Source: a virus
Taxonomy: Duplodnaviria > Caudoviricetes
Direction: 5' to 3' (one strand)
IMG/VR virus record: IMGVR_UViG_3300036784_000179
Span: 1-59,390 of that record
DNA: 59,390 nucleotides
Shown here: positions 42,081-51,261 of the stretch, in pieces
Position numbering within the stretch: position 1 is the stretch's first letter
How the letters are laid out: each line of letters starts with the position of its first letter
Translations under genes and position numbers: made by a program
Notes under the pieces: model-generated
Told to the model about the DNA's origin: nothing
Databases searched by the model: none
The model's input: the letters and a program-made list of their open reading frames with translations, nothing else

Positions 42081-44231
42081 TTAAAAAGCCGGCGGCGCGC
42101 CGGCAAACGGATCGTGATCGACCGGGATTAGCCGCCACGGGCGTGGCGGGTTGGGGACTACCCCGTATTGCTGGATTTGCGGGCTGGTTTCCCAGACTCG
42201 GGTGCCGCGGTCGGGGCTCCATCCGTGGGTTTGGGCGAAGTGTTCTTCGATTTGAGATACGCGCGGCCCCAATGCGGCGAGTAACTCCGCGGACCTTCTC
42301 TGTAGATCGGGTCGTCCGGTCCCGGCGATGGCTTCCAGATAACCTTGACCATTGCCCTGCTTGCCCCAATCGTTGGTCAGATAACCATTATCGGCAAAAG
42401 CCGGCGTCAATTCAGCCTTGTCGACACCTGCAAAATCAGCGCTATCGAGCGCTTTTGCAACGTGCTTTTGAAAATCGATATTTTTGATCCCCGAGACCGC
42501 CGGGACGTTGAGCAATCGGAACCCGTTCTGGGTGGCGATCGGCGAGAAGAAATCCGAGCCGGTGGTCTGGTGCATCGCCTCGACCACCGCGCGCGCCTCG
42601 GCAGCGTCGAGCCCGCGGCCGATATCGACATCGACCATGTTGCTGTCGCCCGGTTTGAGGCTCTCCCGATAGGCCGGCATGTGCCAGGCGCTGGCGTCCT
42701 GGCGCAACAGCAGCCCACGGGTCGCCTCGGCAGCGGTCAAGAGATCGCGGGTCGACGGATCGACCCCACCGAGATAACCACCTTGCAATGCCGCGCCGGC
42801 GAGGCTTTGCGCCTGACTGCCCGGCCGCACCCGGCCCTCAAAGACCCCGGGGCCTTGGAACGAGGGTGTGATCAGATCGCGGCCCTGCGGGTCCTCCAAT
42901 ACCCCGCGGATCGCGGTGTGATAGGCCTCTTGGTCGATCGGTGCGGCCTGGTGGTACTCGGGCAGATGCGCCGCCGCGGTTTCACCGGGCGCACTCTCCC
43001 AGCTCTGCTGAGCAAAGCGCGATTTTAGCGCGTCGGCAAAGTTGAACGCGGCATCGCCGACTGGGGTGCCTTCGACGTCCGCTTTCTTGCCGGCCCAGAC
43101 CGCGGCCTGGATCTGCTCCGGGCGCCAGTCTTCGCCGGTCCGAGCATTCAATACGTCGGCCGCCCGGTCGGCCAAAATTCTGGTGAAATTGTGCTGCCCC
43201 AAACTCGGCGCGCCGGTGTAGTAGGCCGCGTCCTTTTCGGCGCCGAGCTCGGGCGGGTACTCGGCTGCACGCATGTTCCAGATATCGTTGACAAAGGGAT
43301 GCCCCTGCGGGTCGGGGTTCCAGGTCAGACCCAATGCAGTATGAAAGGGTCCGGTCTTCTCGCCGGTGATCGGGGCACCCTGGTAGAGCAGCGGGGCGGC
43401 GCGCGCGCCGATCTGCCGGCCACCCTGACCACCAACCGCCAACACCGGTTCACCGGTCATCGCCTGGTTCCACAGGGTGACGGCCTTGGCTGCATTATCG
43501 GCGACACTGGTGCGCGGCGAGGACACCGCCAGGGCCGCGGCGAACCGATCGGCCGCCTCGGGATTGCCCGCCGCCGCGAGGATCGCCTGTCCGCTTTTGG
43601 CGTACCAGTCGCGCGCCGCCGCACCGGTTTCGGCGAGGCCGGCATAGCGGTTGACCAGCCCGTCCATGTCTTCCGGGGTTTGGATATGGGGCGGCGGGCT
43701 AACCGGCTGCTGGGCGCCACTGAGCGGCAACCCGTCCTCGCGTGCCAGATGCTGGGTGCGCAAATCCGCGGCAAACTGAGCGGCTTTGAGCGTGTCGTCG
43801 ATCGGTGTCTCGAGCGCCCCCGCCGCGCGACCGACCCGGGGTCCGGCGCCGAGCACCACCCCGGCGCCGCCGCCCGGCACCGGACCGGCCAGACCACTGC
43901 GCACGATGTCGGCGAACGCCGGCACGCGCCCGGTCAATTCCCCGCTCTGCGGGTCGAGACCGATCAACGGCTGGGTCGAGTAGTCGCGGCTGAGCAACCC
44001 CGCCTGGCTTTCCAGACCGCCGCGCGCGACATCGGTAAATGACTGACCGATATCGCTGAGCCGCTGCTTTACGTGCGCTACCGGCTGCTGCCAGAAATCG
44101 GCGAGGTCGTGACCGATCTTCTCGAGATAGCCTTGTGGCGGCGGCTCGGTGAACGGATCGTGGTCGACCGGGACCAATGTCGCACCGCTGCCGCTCGGGT
44201 CCAAATACGGGTCGACCCGATCTTCCGACAT
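42081..44231 (-). CDS. 716-aa protein flanked by L(V/I)PVDHDPF motifs with a central putative DNA-acting helical domain
   Basis: Motif at both termini; core DWY...A..SPRT.V..N...K..PF..AL...VND.W..R...Q.QAAVW. Confidence 0.75.
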   Translation of the reverse strand: MSEDRVDPYLDPSGSGATLVPVDHDPFTEPPPQGYLEKIGHDLADFWQQPVAHVKQRLSDIGQSFTDVARGGLESQAGLLSRDYSTQPLIGLDPQSGELTGRVPAFADIVRSGLAGPVPGGGAGVVLGAGPRVGRAAGALETPIDDTLKAAQFAADLRTQHLAREDGLPLSGAQQPVSPPPHIQTPEDMDGLVNRYAGLAETGAAARDWYAKSGQAILAAAGNPEAADRFAAALAVSSPRTSVADNAAKAVTLWNQAMTGEPVLAVGGQGGRQIGARAAPLLYQGAPITGEKTGPFHTALGLTWNPDPQGHPFVNDIWNMRAAEYPPELGAEKDAAYYTGAPSLGQHNFTRILADRAADVLNARTGEDWRPEQIQAAVWAGKKADVEGTPVGDAAFNFADALKSRFAQQSWESAPGETAAAHLPEYHQAAPIDQEAYHTAIRGVLEDPQGRDLITPSFQGPGVFEGRVRPGSQAQSLAGAALQGGYLGGVDPSTRDLLTAAEATRGLLLRQDASAWHMPAYRESLKPGDSNMVDVDIGRGLDAAEARAVVEAMHQTTGSDFFSPIATQNGFRLLNVPAVSGIKNIDFQKHVAKALDSADFAGVDKAELTPAFADNGYLTNDWGKQGNGQGYLEAIAGTGRPDLQRRSAELLAALGPRVSQIEEHFAQTHGWSPDRGTRVWETSPQIQQYGVVPNPPRPWRLIPVDHDPFAGAPPAF
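42158..42352 (-). CDS. Possible small overlapping ORF (PDDPIYxEGP) nested in the 3' end of 42081-44231
   Basis: Same strand, different frame, ATG start; no independent support. Confidence 0.3.
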   Translation of the reverse strand: MVKVIWKPSPGPDDPIYREGPRSYSPHWGRAYLKSKNTSPKPTDGAPTAAPESGKPARKSSNTG

Positions 44232-44296
44232 CGGCCCTCCCGTCCGCGGCTTGCGATTTCAGGCATATGGCCGTACATAACGGCAGAGGGGTGCCC

Positions 44297-44599
44297 ATGA
44301 ACGAGAACAAGTTCGTCAACGCGGTCTTTCAGGTCGAGCAGCTGGTCGGCCGCTTTTCCCGCTCGCCGACCCGACAACGCCAGGTGGTGACCAGAGCACT
44401 CGCCGACCTGATCGCCACCCTGCCTTTTGAGGAGCATCCCAGCTTTATCGCCGCGGTCGTCAGCGAGCTCGTGCTGTTCAGCCAGATCAGAACCATCGAG
44501 GACAACGACATCGAGCGCGATATCGACCGGCTCGACGAACTCGAAGAAGATCTCGCCGCCGCGAGCCTGGCGCTCATCAAACCCTCCGGGGAGGCCTGA
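44297..44599 (+). CDS. Hypothetical protein (moron)
   Basis: AGAGGGG RBS before MNENKF; opposite strand to flanks. Confidence 0.7.
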   Translation: MNENKFVNAVFQVEQLVGRFSRSPTRQRQVVTRALADLIATLPFEEHPSFIAAVVSELVLFSQIRTIEDNDIERDIDRLDELEEDLAAASLALIKPSGEA

Positions 44600-44621
44600 G
44601 TTCCTAGGAGCGACAAAGACC

Positions 44622-44864
44622 ATGACGGGCACCGAATTGCGCGCCTTCCGCAAGCGATTGGGCGTCTGCTTTGCGGCGCTCGCACTGATGTGCTCCCTAC
44701 CGTTTCTTGCCCCATGGGGTAAGTACGCAGAGAACGACACGCTATATTTCTACCGCTGGAATAATGGTTTTACGATCCGAGTCTTGCACTGTGGCGTGAT
44801 GATCCACTGGGAAGATGGACTCCGCGTCCACCCGCTCGATCCGTTGTGCTATTTCCATGATTGA
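44622..44864 (+). CDS. Hypothetical protein (moron)
   Basis: AGGAG RBS; begins like an HTH helix 1 (MTGTELRAFRKRLG) then becomes hydrophobic. Confidence 0.55.
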   Translation: MTGTELRAFRKRLGVCFAALALMCSLPFLAPWGKYAENDTLYFYRWNNGFTIRVLHCGVMIHWEDGLRVHPLDPLCYFHD

Positions 44865-44875
44865 GTGACAGCAGG

Positions 44876-46645
44876 CTAGGCCACCATCAGGTATTTGCCG
44901 GGGCGCCTGGGGTCGGGCACGTAGTGCCGGCCGTCTGGCGCCCGGCGGGCACCAGGGACCGAGGAAACAACCGGGGGCCCCGGCCGTCCGGGAACCCCGA
45001 TGCCCGGCCCCGGTTGAGCGGGACCAGGCGGTGCCGCGGCCCCGCCGAACATCGGTCCGGGCCCGGGCGGTCCCGCTGCCGGCGCTACTGCGGGGGCACC
45101 CGGCGAGGGCAATGCCGGGCCACCGCTCAACGGACCCGGCGCGGGGGCGGGCGCCGGAACAAACATTGGCGGCGGCGGCGGAAGCACCGGCAGCGGTTGC
45201 GGCAACCCGGACATCCGCTCGAGGGTTTCCGGGTCAAAATGGCGTGCCATGACGGCCCCGCGCAAGCGCATCAAATCGCGGGCAAACCGCGCCACGTCCT
45301 TTTGCGCGCGGGTGATCCGGCGGGTGGCGAATTGGGTTTTGAGCTGTTGGGCGCCCAAGGTCTCGATCGGGTTGGTCTCACCCCGCAGAATGTCGGCGAT
45401 GCCGGTCGTCTGATAGATGATCCGCAGAATGCGCTCGCGGCTGTCGTAGAGCTGGGTCAACACCCGCGCGATTTGCTCGACCGGCAGCCACTGGATGAGG
45501 TTCTGCAACCCGCCCTTGTCACCGGCAAACCCGGCCCAATCCTCGACCGGAAAAAGGCGGTTTTCGCTCGAATCGTCGACCAGTTGCTGGAGCACCATCT
45601 TCTCCGACCCGGCATAGACGCCGGCGACCTTGAGCGCGCGGGTCAATTTGTCGATCCGGCTGGTGATTACATCGAGTTCCTGACCTTGGTCTTGATATTC
45701 GATGTAATCAGCGACCGCCACCCGCTGATTGTTAGTCGTCGTCGCGCGCAGACAAGGTGGCGATGGGAAAAAGTCAGGTAATTCGAGCGGATCTTCTTGT
45801 GTATCGAGCGGCCCTTCAGAATAAGACTTGGCAATCCACACGGTTTTTTTGGTCTTTTTGTCCCAAATCTCCCAGACCGTCGCTTTTTTAAACATATCCG
45901 CGAGCGGGCCCTGAGTCGCCTCGCTGGCCACCGCATGCACCCCCGAAGGGGTGTAGTCAAGCCCGACCTTTTTGCCGATTTGCGACCCAAAGCGCGCGAC
46001 GAGCTCGTCGCGAATCATAAACACTCGGTAAGCCTTCCACCAGATCTCGTCTTCGGTTCTGGCCGGGGTTTCCCGGTAATCCTCCCAAAAGACATAGCGG
46101 ATCGGAGCGCGCTCGTTGGCCACCGGGCGAAAGCCCGGCTTTTTGCCGTCTTCGTCCTCTTCGCCGTTGGGGTCCTCTTCTTCGGCGCCAAATTCGGGCT
46201 CGTAAAACACCCGCGCCACCCCGCGACCGGGCAATAACCGGTCCTCGACAACCTGCTGCATGACCGCGTCAAATTCCTCGATGTCCTGCTCGTAATCGAG
46301 GGCGGCCTCGAGGATCTGCGCGCCCAGGCTGGCGACCGGATCATTCTCGTCACGGTGGCGTCTTGCAACGTCAGGTTGTGGCGTACGCCCGTAGAGCACG
46401 GGCTTGAGGGTCTCTACATTTGACCATAAAATGTTGTATTTTGCGACCCGCGCCTCGTTGGCGTCGCGCTCGTCGCGAAACCGGTCGACGATGCGCCGAC
46501 CGCGCTTGATAAAATCCTCGTCCTCGCGCTCGGCCAGGCGCAATTGCGCATCCCAAAACTGCCAAATCGCCGAGGGCTCGGTGCCGAGGTCCGAGCGCTC
46601 CTCGATCGTGCCGGCGACCACGGCCGCCACCGCGAGATCAGCCAT
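44876..46645 (-). CDS. Portal protein, N-terminal part
   Basis: YNILWSNVETLKP.LY..TP.PDV.RR, D.LLPGRG.ARV.Y, DPL.L..FFP.P, IYQ.TGI.DI.RG, ET.GAQ.LK; downstream of terminase. Confidence 0.9.
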   Translation of the reverse strand: MADLAVAAVVAGTIEERSDLGTEPSAIWQFWDAQLRLAEREDEDFIKRGRRIVDRFRDERDANEARVAKYNILWSNVETLKPVLYGRTPQPDVARRHRDENDPVASLGAQILEAALDYEQDIEEFDAVMQQVVEDRLLPGRGVARVFYEPEFGAEEEDPNGEEDEDGKKPGFRPVANERAPIRYVFWEDYRETPARTEDEIWWKAYRVFMIRDELVARFGSQIGKKVGLDYTPSGVHAVASEATQGPLADMFKKATVWEIWDKKTKKTVWIAKSYSEGPLDTQEDPLELPDFFPSPPCLRATTTNNQRVAVADYIEYQDQGQELDVITSRIDKLTRALKVAGVYAGSEKMVLQQLVDDSSENRLFPVEDWAGFAGDKGGLQNLIQWLPVEQIARVLTQLYDSRERILRIIYQTTGIADILRGETNPIETLGAQQLKTQFATRRITRAQKDVARFARDLMRLRGAVMARHFDPETLERMSGLPQPLPVLPPPPPMFVPAPAPAPGPLSGGPALPSPGAPAVAPAAGPPGPGPMFGGAAAPPGPAQPGPGIGVPGRPGPPVVSSVPGARRAPDGRHYVPDPRRPGKYLMVA

Positions 46646-47067
46646 CAGGCAGCCACCGGCGGCGGGTCGAGGTCTTCGAGTTCGGCGGCGAAGAGGCTCT
46701 CCTCGGTCTCGACAACATGAAACTGGTCGCCGTCATTAACCTTGCGGCCCTGACCGCCGCGAAAGCGGATCACCCGCTGCGCCACCGGATGGCGCAGCCA
46801 CTGGTCCCACACCAGAAGCCCCTCGGCGGTCCGTTCGACAAAAACCGCGGCGTGCGAGCGCCCGTCGGTGTGGTTGCCATAGCGGCCGTTGGGGTCAAAG
46901 GTCGCGATCACCGTGCCAAGCGGCAAATCGCCGTCGCGCGCCTTTTTACCGGGTCGCCATCGAGCGGTGTGCGGCAGCTCGCCGACCTCCTGGACAAAGC
47001 GCACGCAATGCCCGTCGGCGATGACCCGGCCGGCATGGCGCTCGGGGCGGTCGACGACAAAACTCAT
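46645..47067 (-). CDS. BPSL0067/Tae-like cysteine peptidoglycan amidase (endolysin candidate)
   Basis: GHCV.FVQ...T..W..G...GT.IATF...G.Y.N......HAA.F......G..V.DQW with Cys/His dyad. Confidence 0.8.
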   Translation of the reverse strand: MSFVVDRPERHAGRVIADGHCVRFVQEVGELPHTARWRPGKKARDGDLPLGTVIATFDPNGRYGNHTDGRSHAAVFVERTAEGLLVWDQWLRHPVAQRVIRFRGGQGRKVNDGDQFHVVETEESLFAAELEDLDPPPVAA

Positions 47068-47108
47068 TCCGACCCCGCCCCCCTTAAAAACCGCAATATC
47101 TTACAAGA

Positions 47109-47900
47109 CTAAAATATGGCACCTTCCGGCGGCCGCACGCCGTGCGCGCAGCACACCTCGCACAACTCGCGAAGGCATTTTTTCCCGAAGTTCGGGACGC
47201 GCAACAGCTCGGCGCCGCGCATTTTCGCCGCCGCGCGCAACGTGGTGATCCCCTCGTAGGTCAGCGCGTTTTTTAGCCGGGTGCTGACCCCCAGGTCGGC
47301 GATCGGCCAATCCTCCAGCGCCGGTTCCGCCGGTTCCGCCGGTTCGCCGCGCAGTCGGCTGTTCTCCTCGGTCAGTCGGCTGTTCTCCACGGTCAGGGCG
47401 CGCCAGGAGGCCTCGACCCGCGCCATCTCCTGGCGATGTGTCCGCCTGGCGTACTCCAGACGCTGCTCGAGCAACGCCGTTCGCTGTTTGAGGGCCTCAT
47501 TTTCCGCCGTCAGCTGCCGGGAGGCCTCGACCCCCGCCATCTCCTGGCGCTGCGTGCTCCAAAAACTCTGCTCGAGCTCTGTCGTCCGCAGTTTGAGGGC
47601 CTCATTTTCCATCGTCAGGCGCCGCGCCAGGTTTTGCAGGTCGATGATCGTTTGATTGACCCCGCCCCGGTCCCAGCCGGCGTCCCAGCGGTTCCCACGA
47701 TCCCATGAGGCAAACACCGGCGCCGCAACCGGCGGCGCCTGGCCACTGGCCACCAAGCTCTTCAGATCGACCCAGCTGAGCCCAGCCTCGCGCAGCATCG
47801 CTTGCGCCAAATCGCGGGCGTTTAGCGCCTCGCCCGCGGCCGAGGAGCCCATCATGCCGACGATTTTGGCGAGTTTTGACCAATCGAGCGGGGCTCCCAT
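47109..47900 (-). CDS. Coiled-coil protein with C-terminal RNA polymerase alpha-CTD-like domain
   Basis: PIADLGVSTRLKNAL..EGI......ELLRVPNFGKKCLREL matches alpha-CTD; N-terminal KL.K..G...S...GEA.NA motif. Confidence 0.85.
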   Translation of the reverse strand: MGAPLDWSKLAKIVGMMGSSAAGEALNARDLAQAMLREAGLSWVDLKSLVASGQAPPVAAPVFASWDRGNRWDAGWDRGGVNQTIIDLQNLARRLTMENEALKLRTTELEQSFWSTQRQEMAGVEASRQLTAENEALKQRTALLEQRLEYARRTHRQEMARVEASWRALTVENSRLTEENSRLRGEPAEPAEPALEDWPIADLGVSTRLKNALTYEGITTLRAAAKMRGAELLRVPNFGKKCLRELCEVCCAHGVRPPEGAIF

Positions 47901-47912
47901 GGGCGAAGATTT

Positions 47913-50117
47913 TTAGATGCGCTCGGCGCGGCCGTCACCAATAAACCGCCCACCCCGGTAATAGCGCTTGTCGACCTTGTAGAGCTCATCGAGGGTCATC
48001 CCCTCGATCCCCCGCCCTTGCTCCTCGACGGGCTTGGGTTTGGAGCCGGGAACCATCTCGTCGAGCATCCGGCCGACCAACGAGAGGGTATCGATTTGAT
48101 CGTCATACTTGCCCGCCGGAAAGCGCAGCATCTCATCGAGCAGCCCGGCCGCCCAGGGGGCCCGCTTGGGCAGATGGACCTTGCCCATCGCGATGCGCCC
48201 GCGGATCGCCTGAGCGCGCACCGCCTTGTCGGCGCCCGAGCTAAATTGCCTGCGAACGGCGTAGACCTTGCGCTCCAACTGGCGCTTGGTCAGAAACGGT
48301 CCGACACCCTTCTCGATCTGCCCGGCTTCCTCGGCCCAGGTGATCGTTTTCCACAGTTCCATCAAGTCGATCGCCGCCTCGACCCACTCGTTTGAGGCGG
48401 CCTGCTTGCGCCACAGATCGAGCACATAGAAATCATCGTTCGGGTCGAGCCCGCCGACCATGTGCACGGTAAAATCGCCGGCATTCGCCTTGACCGCATA
48501 ATCCGAGGCGCCATAGGTGCGCAATTGGTCGCGCGGCGGCGGGCTGTCGTACCAGCGCACCCAATCGTTCTTGAAATAGTCCCCCGATTCGGGCATCGGC
48601 CGCTGCTGGTAGAGTGCGGACCAGTTGCGCGGGTCGCGCCGGGCCTGCGCCAGCATCTCATCGGTGTACCACTCAGCCCACAAACGCTCACCGGGGAGCC
48701 GACCCAGCGCATCGTTCTCCTCGGCTTCGGCCGGCAGACTGACGACCTCCCACTGCTCGCCACCGGTCTTGGCCTCCTCGAGGAGGCGCCCGGCGAGATC
48801 GTCCTCGTGCCACCGGGTGCCGATGTAGATCAGCGGTGCGTCGGGAACCAAACGAGTCCAAAAATCCGATTTATACCAATCATGTACGTGTTGCCTGATG
48901 GTCGCGCTATCCGCCTCGGCGCGGCCTTTGACCGGGTCATCGATGATCCCCAGATAGGCCCGCCGGCCGGTCACCGAGGCGTCCACGCCCACGGCAAAAT
49001 ATTCCCCGCCACGGGCCGTCTCCCAGCGCCCGGCAGCCCCGGAATCGCCCGACAGCCCAAACCCAAACGTGTCGCGAAACACCGACGAGCCGACGATGTT
49101 GCGGACCCGCCGGCCAAACCGTTCGGCGAGCTCTTTGGAATGGCTGGCGGCAATCACCGAGTGGGTCGGGTGGTTGCCGATATACCAGGACGGGAACAAC
49201 ACACTGCCATAGGTGCTTTTGGCCGCACCTGGCGGCAAAAAGAACATCAGCCGCTTGATTTCACCGCGCGATACCGCCTCCAGCTTGGCGATCAGCAACT
49301 GATGATGGCGTGCCGGCACGATTTCAGGCATCGCCAAGCCAACCCAGCGGGTCAATTGCTCGCGCGCCGCCACCCGAGTGGCCTCGGCCGCCGCTTCGCT
49401 CGCGGTTTGTCCCAATTCGGCGTCGATATTGACCCGGATCCAATCGGGATCGCGCTCGCTGGCAAAGGCGGCGTAGGAGAACCCCTTTTTTTCGAGCGCC
49501 GGGAGATTCTCGGCTTCGCTCGTGCGCCCGCCGGGCTGACGAAAGAGCAAGAGATCGCCCGGGTCGTCGGACCTGCGCACCAACCAGTGCCCCGGCGGCG
49601 GCATCCGCGAGGAGCAGATCACCCCCGACCAAATCGCCCCGCCGGCGATCGGCGCCGGAAAGGTGCCAACGACCCGCAGCGCATCCTCGAGGATTGTTTC
49701 ACTGAGATTTCTTGCGTCGTCGAGCCAAACCCCGGTCGCCGAGGCCGACGCCAAGCGCTTGCGGTCCCCAGCATCGTCCATCCCGAGAAAATCGAGCTCG
49801 AGCGAGCGCTGGCCGCCGTCCCCCACCAATTGATAGCTCAACGCAAAATGGCGCAGTTTCTCGTCATATTCGCCCAAATCGAGCCAGGTTTTGATCGCCG
49901 GGACCGTATAGCGTTCGAGCTCACGCCGGATCGGCGCCACGACGAGCCAGCGCCAAGCGGTCTGCTTGGCGTAGCGGCGATCGGTGGCGCGGCGGATGAT
50001 ATCGTTGACGCAGGCACTCTTGCGACCGCCATAGATCGGCCCGATCAGCGCCCGCAAAAAGGCGTTGGAGGCCGAAAATGCGCGCAGCTGCGCGCCCTGC
50101 GGCTCGTAGCTCTGCAT
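47913..50117 (-). CDS. terL: Terminase large subunit with extra N-terminal degenerate terminase ATPase domain
   Basis: PPGAAKST (Walker A), IIDDP (Walker B), TRWHEDDLAGR, ALYQQRP, nuclease D and FP.GK.DDQID. Confidence 0.93.
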   Translation of the reverse strand: MQSYEPQGAQLRAFSASNAFLRALIGPIYGGRKSACVNDIIRRATDRRYAKQTAWRWLVVAPIRRELERYTVPAIKTWLDLGEYDEKLRHFALSYQLVGDGGQRSLELDFLGMDDAGDRKRLASASATGVWLDDARNLSETILEDALRVVGTFPAPIAGGAIWSGVICSSRMPPPGHWLVRRSDDPGDLLLFRQPGGRTSEAENLPALEKKGFSYAAFASERDPDWIRVNIDAELGQTASEAAAEATRVAAREQLTRWVGLAMPEIVPARHHQLLIAKLEAVSRGEIKRLMFFLPPGAAKSTYGSVLFPSWYIGNHPTHSVIAASHSKELAERFGRRVRNIVGSSVFRDTFGFGLSGDSGAAGRWETARGGEYFAVGVDASVTGRRAYLGIIDDPVKGRAEADSATIRQHVHDWYKSDFWTRLVPDAPLIYIGTRWHEDDLAGRLLEEAKTGGEQWEVVSLPAEAEENDALGRLPGERLWAEWYTDEMLAQARRDPRNWSALYQQRPMPESGDYFKNDWVRWYDSPPPRDQLRTYGASDYAVKANAGDFTVHMVGGLDPNDDFYVLDLWRKQAASNEWVEAAIDLMELWKTITWAEEAGQIEKGVGPFLTKRQLERKVYAVRRQFSSGADKAVRAQAIRGRIAMGKVHLPKRAPWAAGLLDEMLRFPAGKYDDQIDTLSLVGRMLDEMVPGSKPKPVEEQGRGIEGMTLDELYKVDKRYYRGGRFIGDGRAERI

Positions 50118-50212
50118 CGCAATCTCGGATTTGGGGAGGGGGCGAGGGGAGGGGGCTCGGATGCACCTTTCCGAACCTGGGGCAAAAGGCTTTTACTGCC
50201 CGCGGGCAGCTG

Positions 50213-50773
50213 TCAAGGGATGCTGTAATAAGTTTGCAATATCCCTAAATCGGTCAACAGGATACCGGTCGCGATCCGGGCATCGATGCGGCCAGTCCCC
50301 CAGCCTCGCGATAGGGCGAATGATTCTATAGTCATTTCGCAGCCCAAAACGTGCCAGGCGCAGGACCCTCCGGGCGAAGACATCCCGCCGAGTTGCCGCA
50401 AGGAGTCGATCACCATCTCGAGCGCCGTCGCCGAGCCGCGGCAGGCGAGCGAGGCCCGTCCGTTATTATGGCTCAGCACGGGTATCCGCGTCGGGTCGCT
50501 CGCCCACAAGGGGTCGAGCCCGGCCTCGGTGAACCATTCGTGGAAGAGCGCGCCGGCGGCCTGCATCCCCCCCGAAATCGTCCCAGCGCGCTCCATACGG
50601 GCAAGCGTATCAAGCCGCTTCCACGGCCTGCCGATCCCGCCATTGGCATCGGCGATCCGCTGGGGCAGCCGCACCACCACGCCGCCGACATGATCGGCGC
50701 GAAACCGTGCCGGCGCCGGCTCGACAATGTCGGCTCCCTTGACCTTCGCTCGCCGGGCACGCGCAGTTCTCAT
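50213..50773 (-). CDS. DUF6456-like putative late transcription regulator
   Basis: DTL.RM...G.I.....AG..F...VLG.E.......GW...L...L..L..YY; upstream of terminase. Confidence 0.7.
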   Translation of the reverse strand: MRTARARRAKVKGADIVEPAPARFRADHVGGVVVRLPQRIADANGGIGRPWKRLDTLARMERAGTISGGMQAAGALFHEWFTEAGLDPLWASDPTRIPVLSHNNGRASLACRGSATALEMVIDSLRQLGGMSSPGGSCAWHVLGCEMTIESFALSRGWGTGRIDARIATGILLTDLGILQTYYSIP

Positions 50774-50793
50774 CGTCTTCTTCCCCCTGGATT

Positions 50794-51150
50794 TTACAAA
50801 GGACTTGGTTCCCTCGGATTATTCTTCACCAGCGCAGCGTGCGCGGCGCACCAGCTGCCCTCAGCCAATGGCTGACCGCACCAGTGCCACGCCCCCGACG
50901 GATCACCAACCACCCACCTGCACCCGCCTTGAGTCGCCCGCGCGTAGCCGAGCCGCCGCTCGAGGCGCCGCATCGCCCGCCCGGCGACCGCCTGGTCGGC
51001 GAGCTCGGGGGGCGCGCGGCGATGCAATCGGCCGGCCACCGCCGAGGTGGTGCAGCCCAGCTCGCCGGCGATCTTAGCATAGCTCGCTCCCTCGCCGATC
51101 CGGCGGTCGACATAGCGGTCACGCTCGGGGGTCCAGAATTTTTTTTGCAC
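50794..51150 (-). CDS. gcrA: GcrA-family cell-cycle regulator homologue
   Basis: WT.ER.......EG.S...IA.ELG.T..AV.G.LHR and CRW..GDP.....CG........C..H. Confidence 0.88.
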   Translation of the reverse strand: MQKKFWTPERDRYVDRRIGEGASYAKIAGELGCTTSAVAGRLHRRAPPELADQAVAGRAMRRLERRLGYARATQGGCRWVVGDPSGAWHWCGQPLAEGSWCAAHAALVKNNPREPSPL

Positions 51151-51261
51151 CAACCCCCTCAAAGATTGTCTCGCGCGCATTGCATTCGTGACAGATGGGC
51201 TTATGTTGTCATGGATGCGTCACGAATGAATACGGAATTCCAAGTCCCAGGAGGAGAACCA

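Noticed and set aside
44622-44864. XRE-family repressor
   Set aside because: Only the first helix resembles an HTH; the recognition helix pattern is absent
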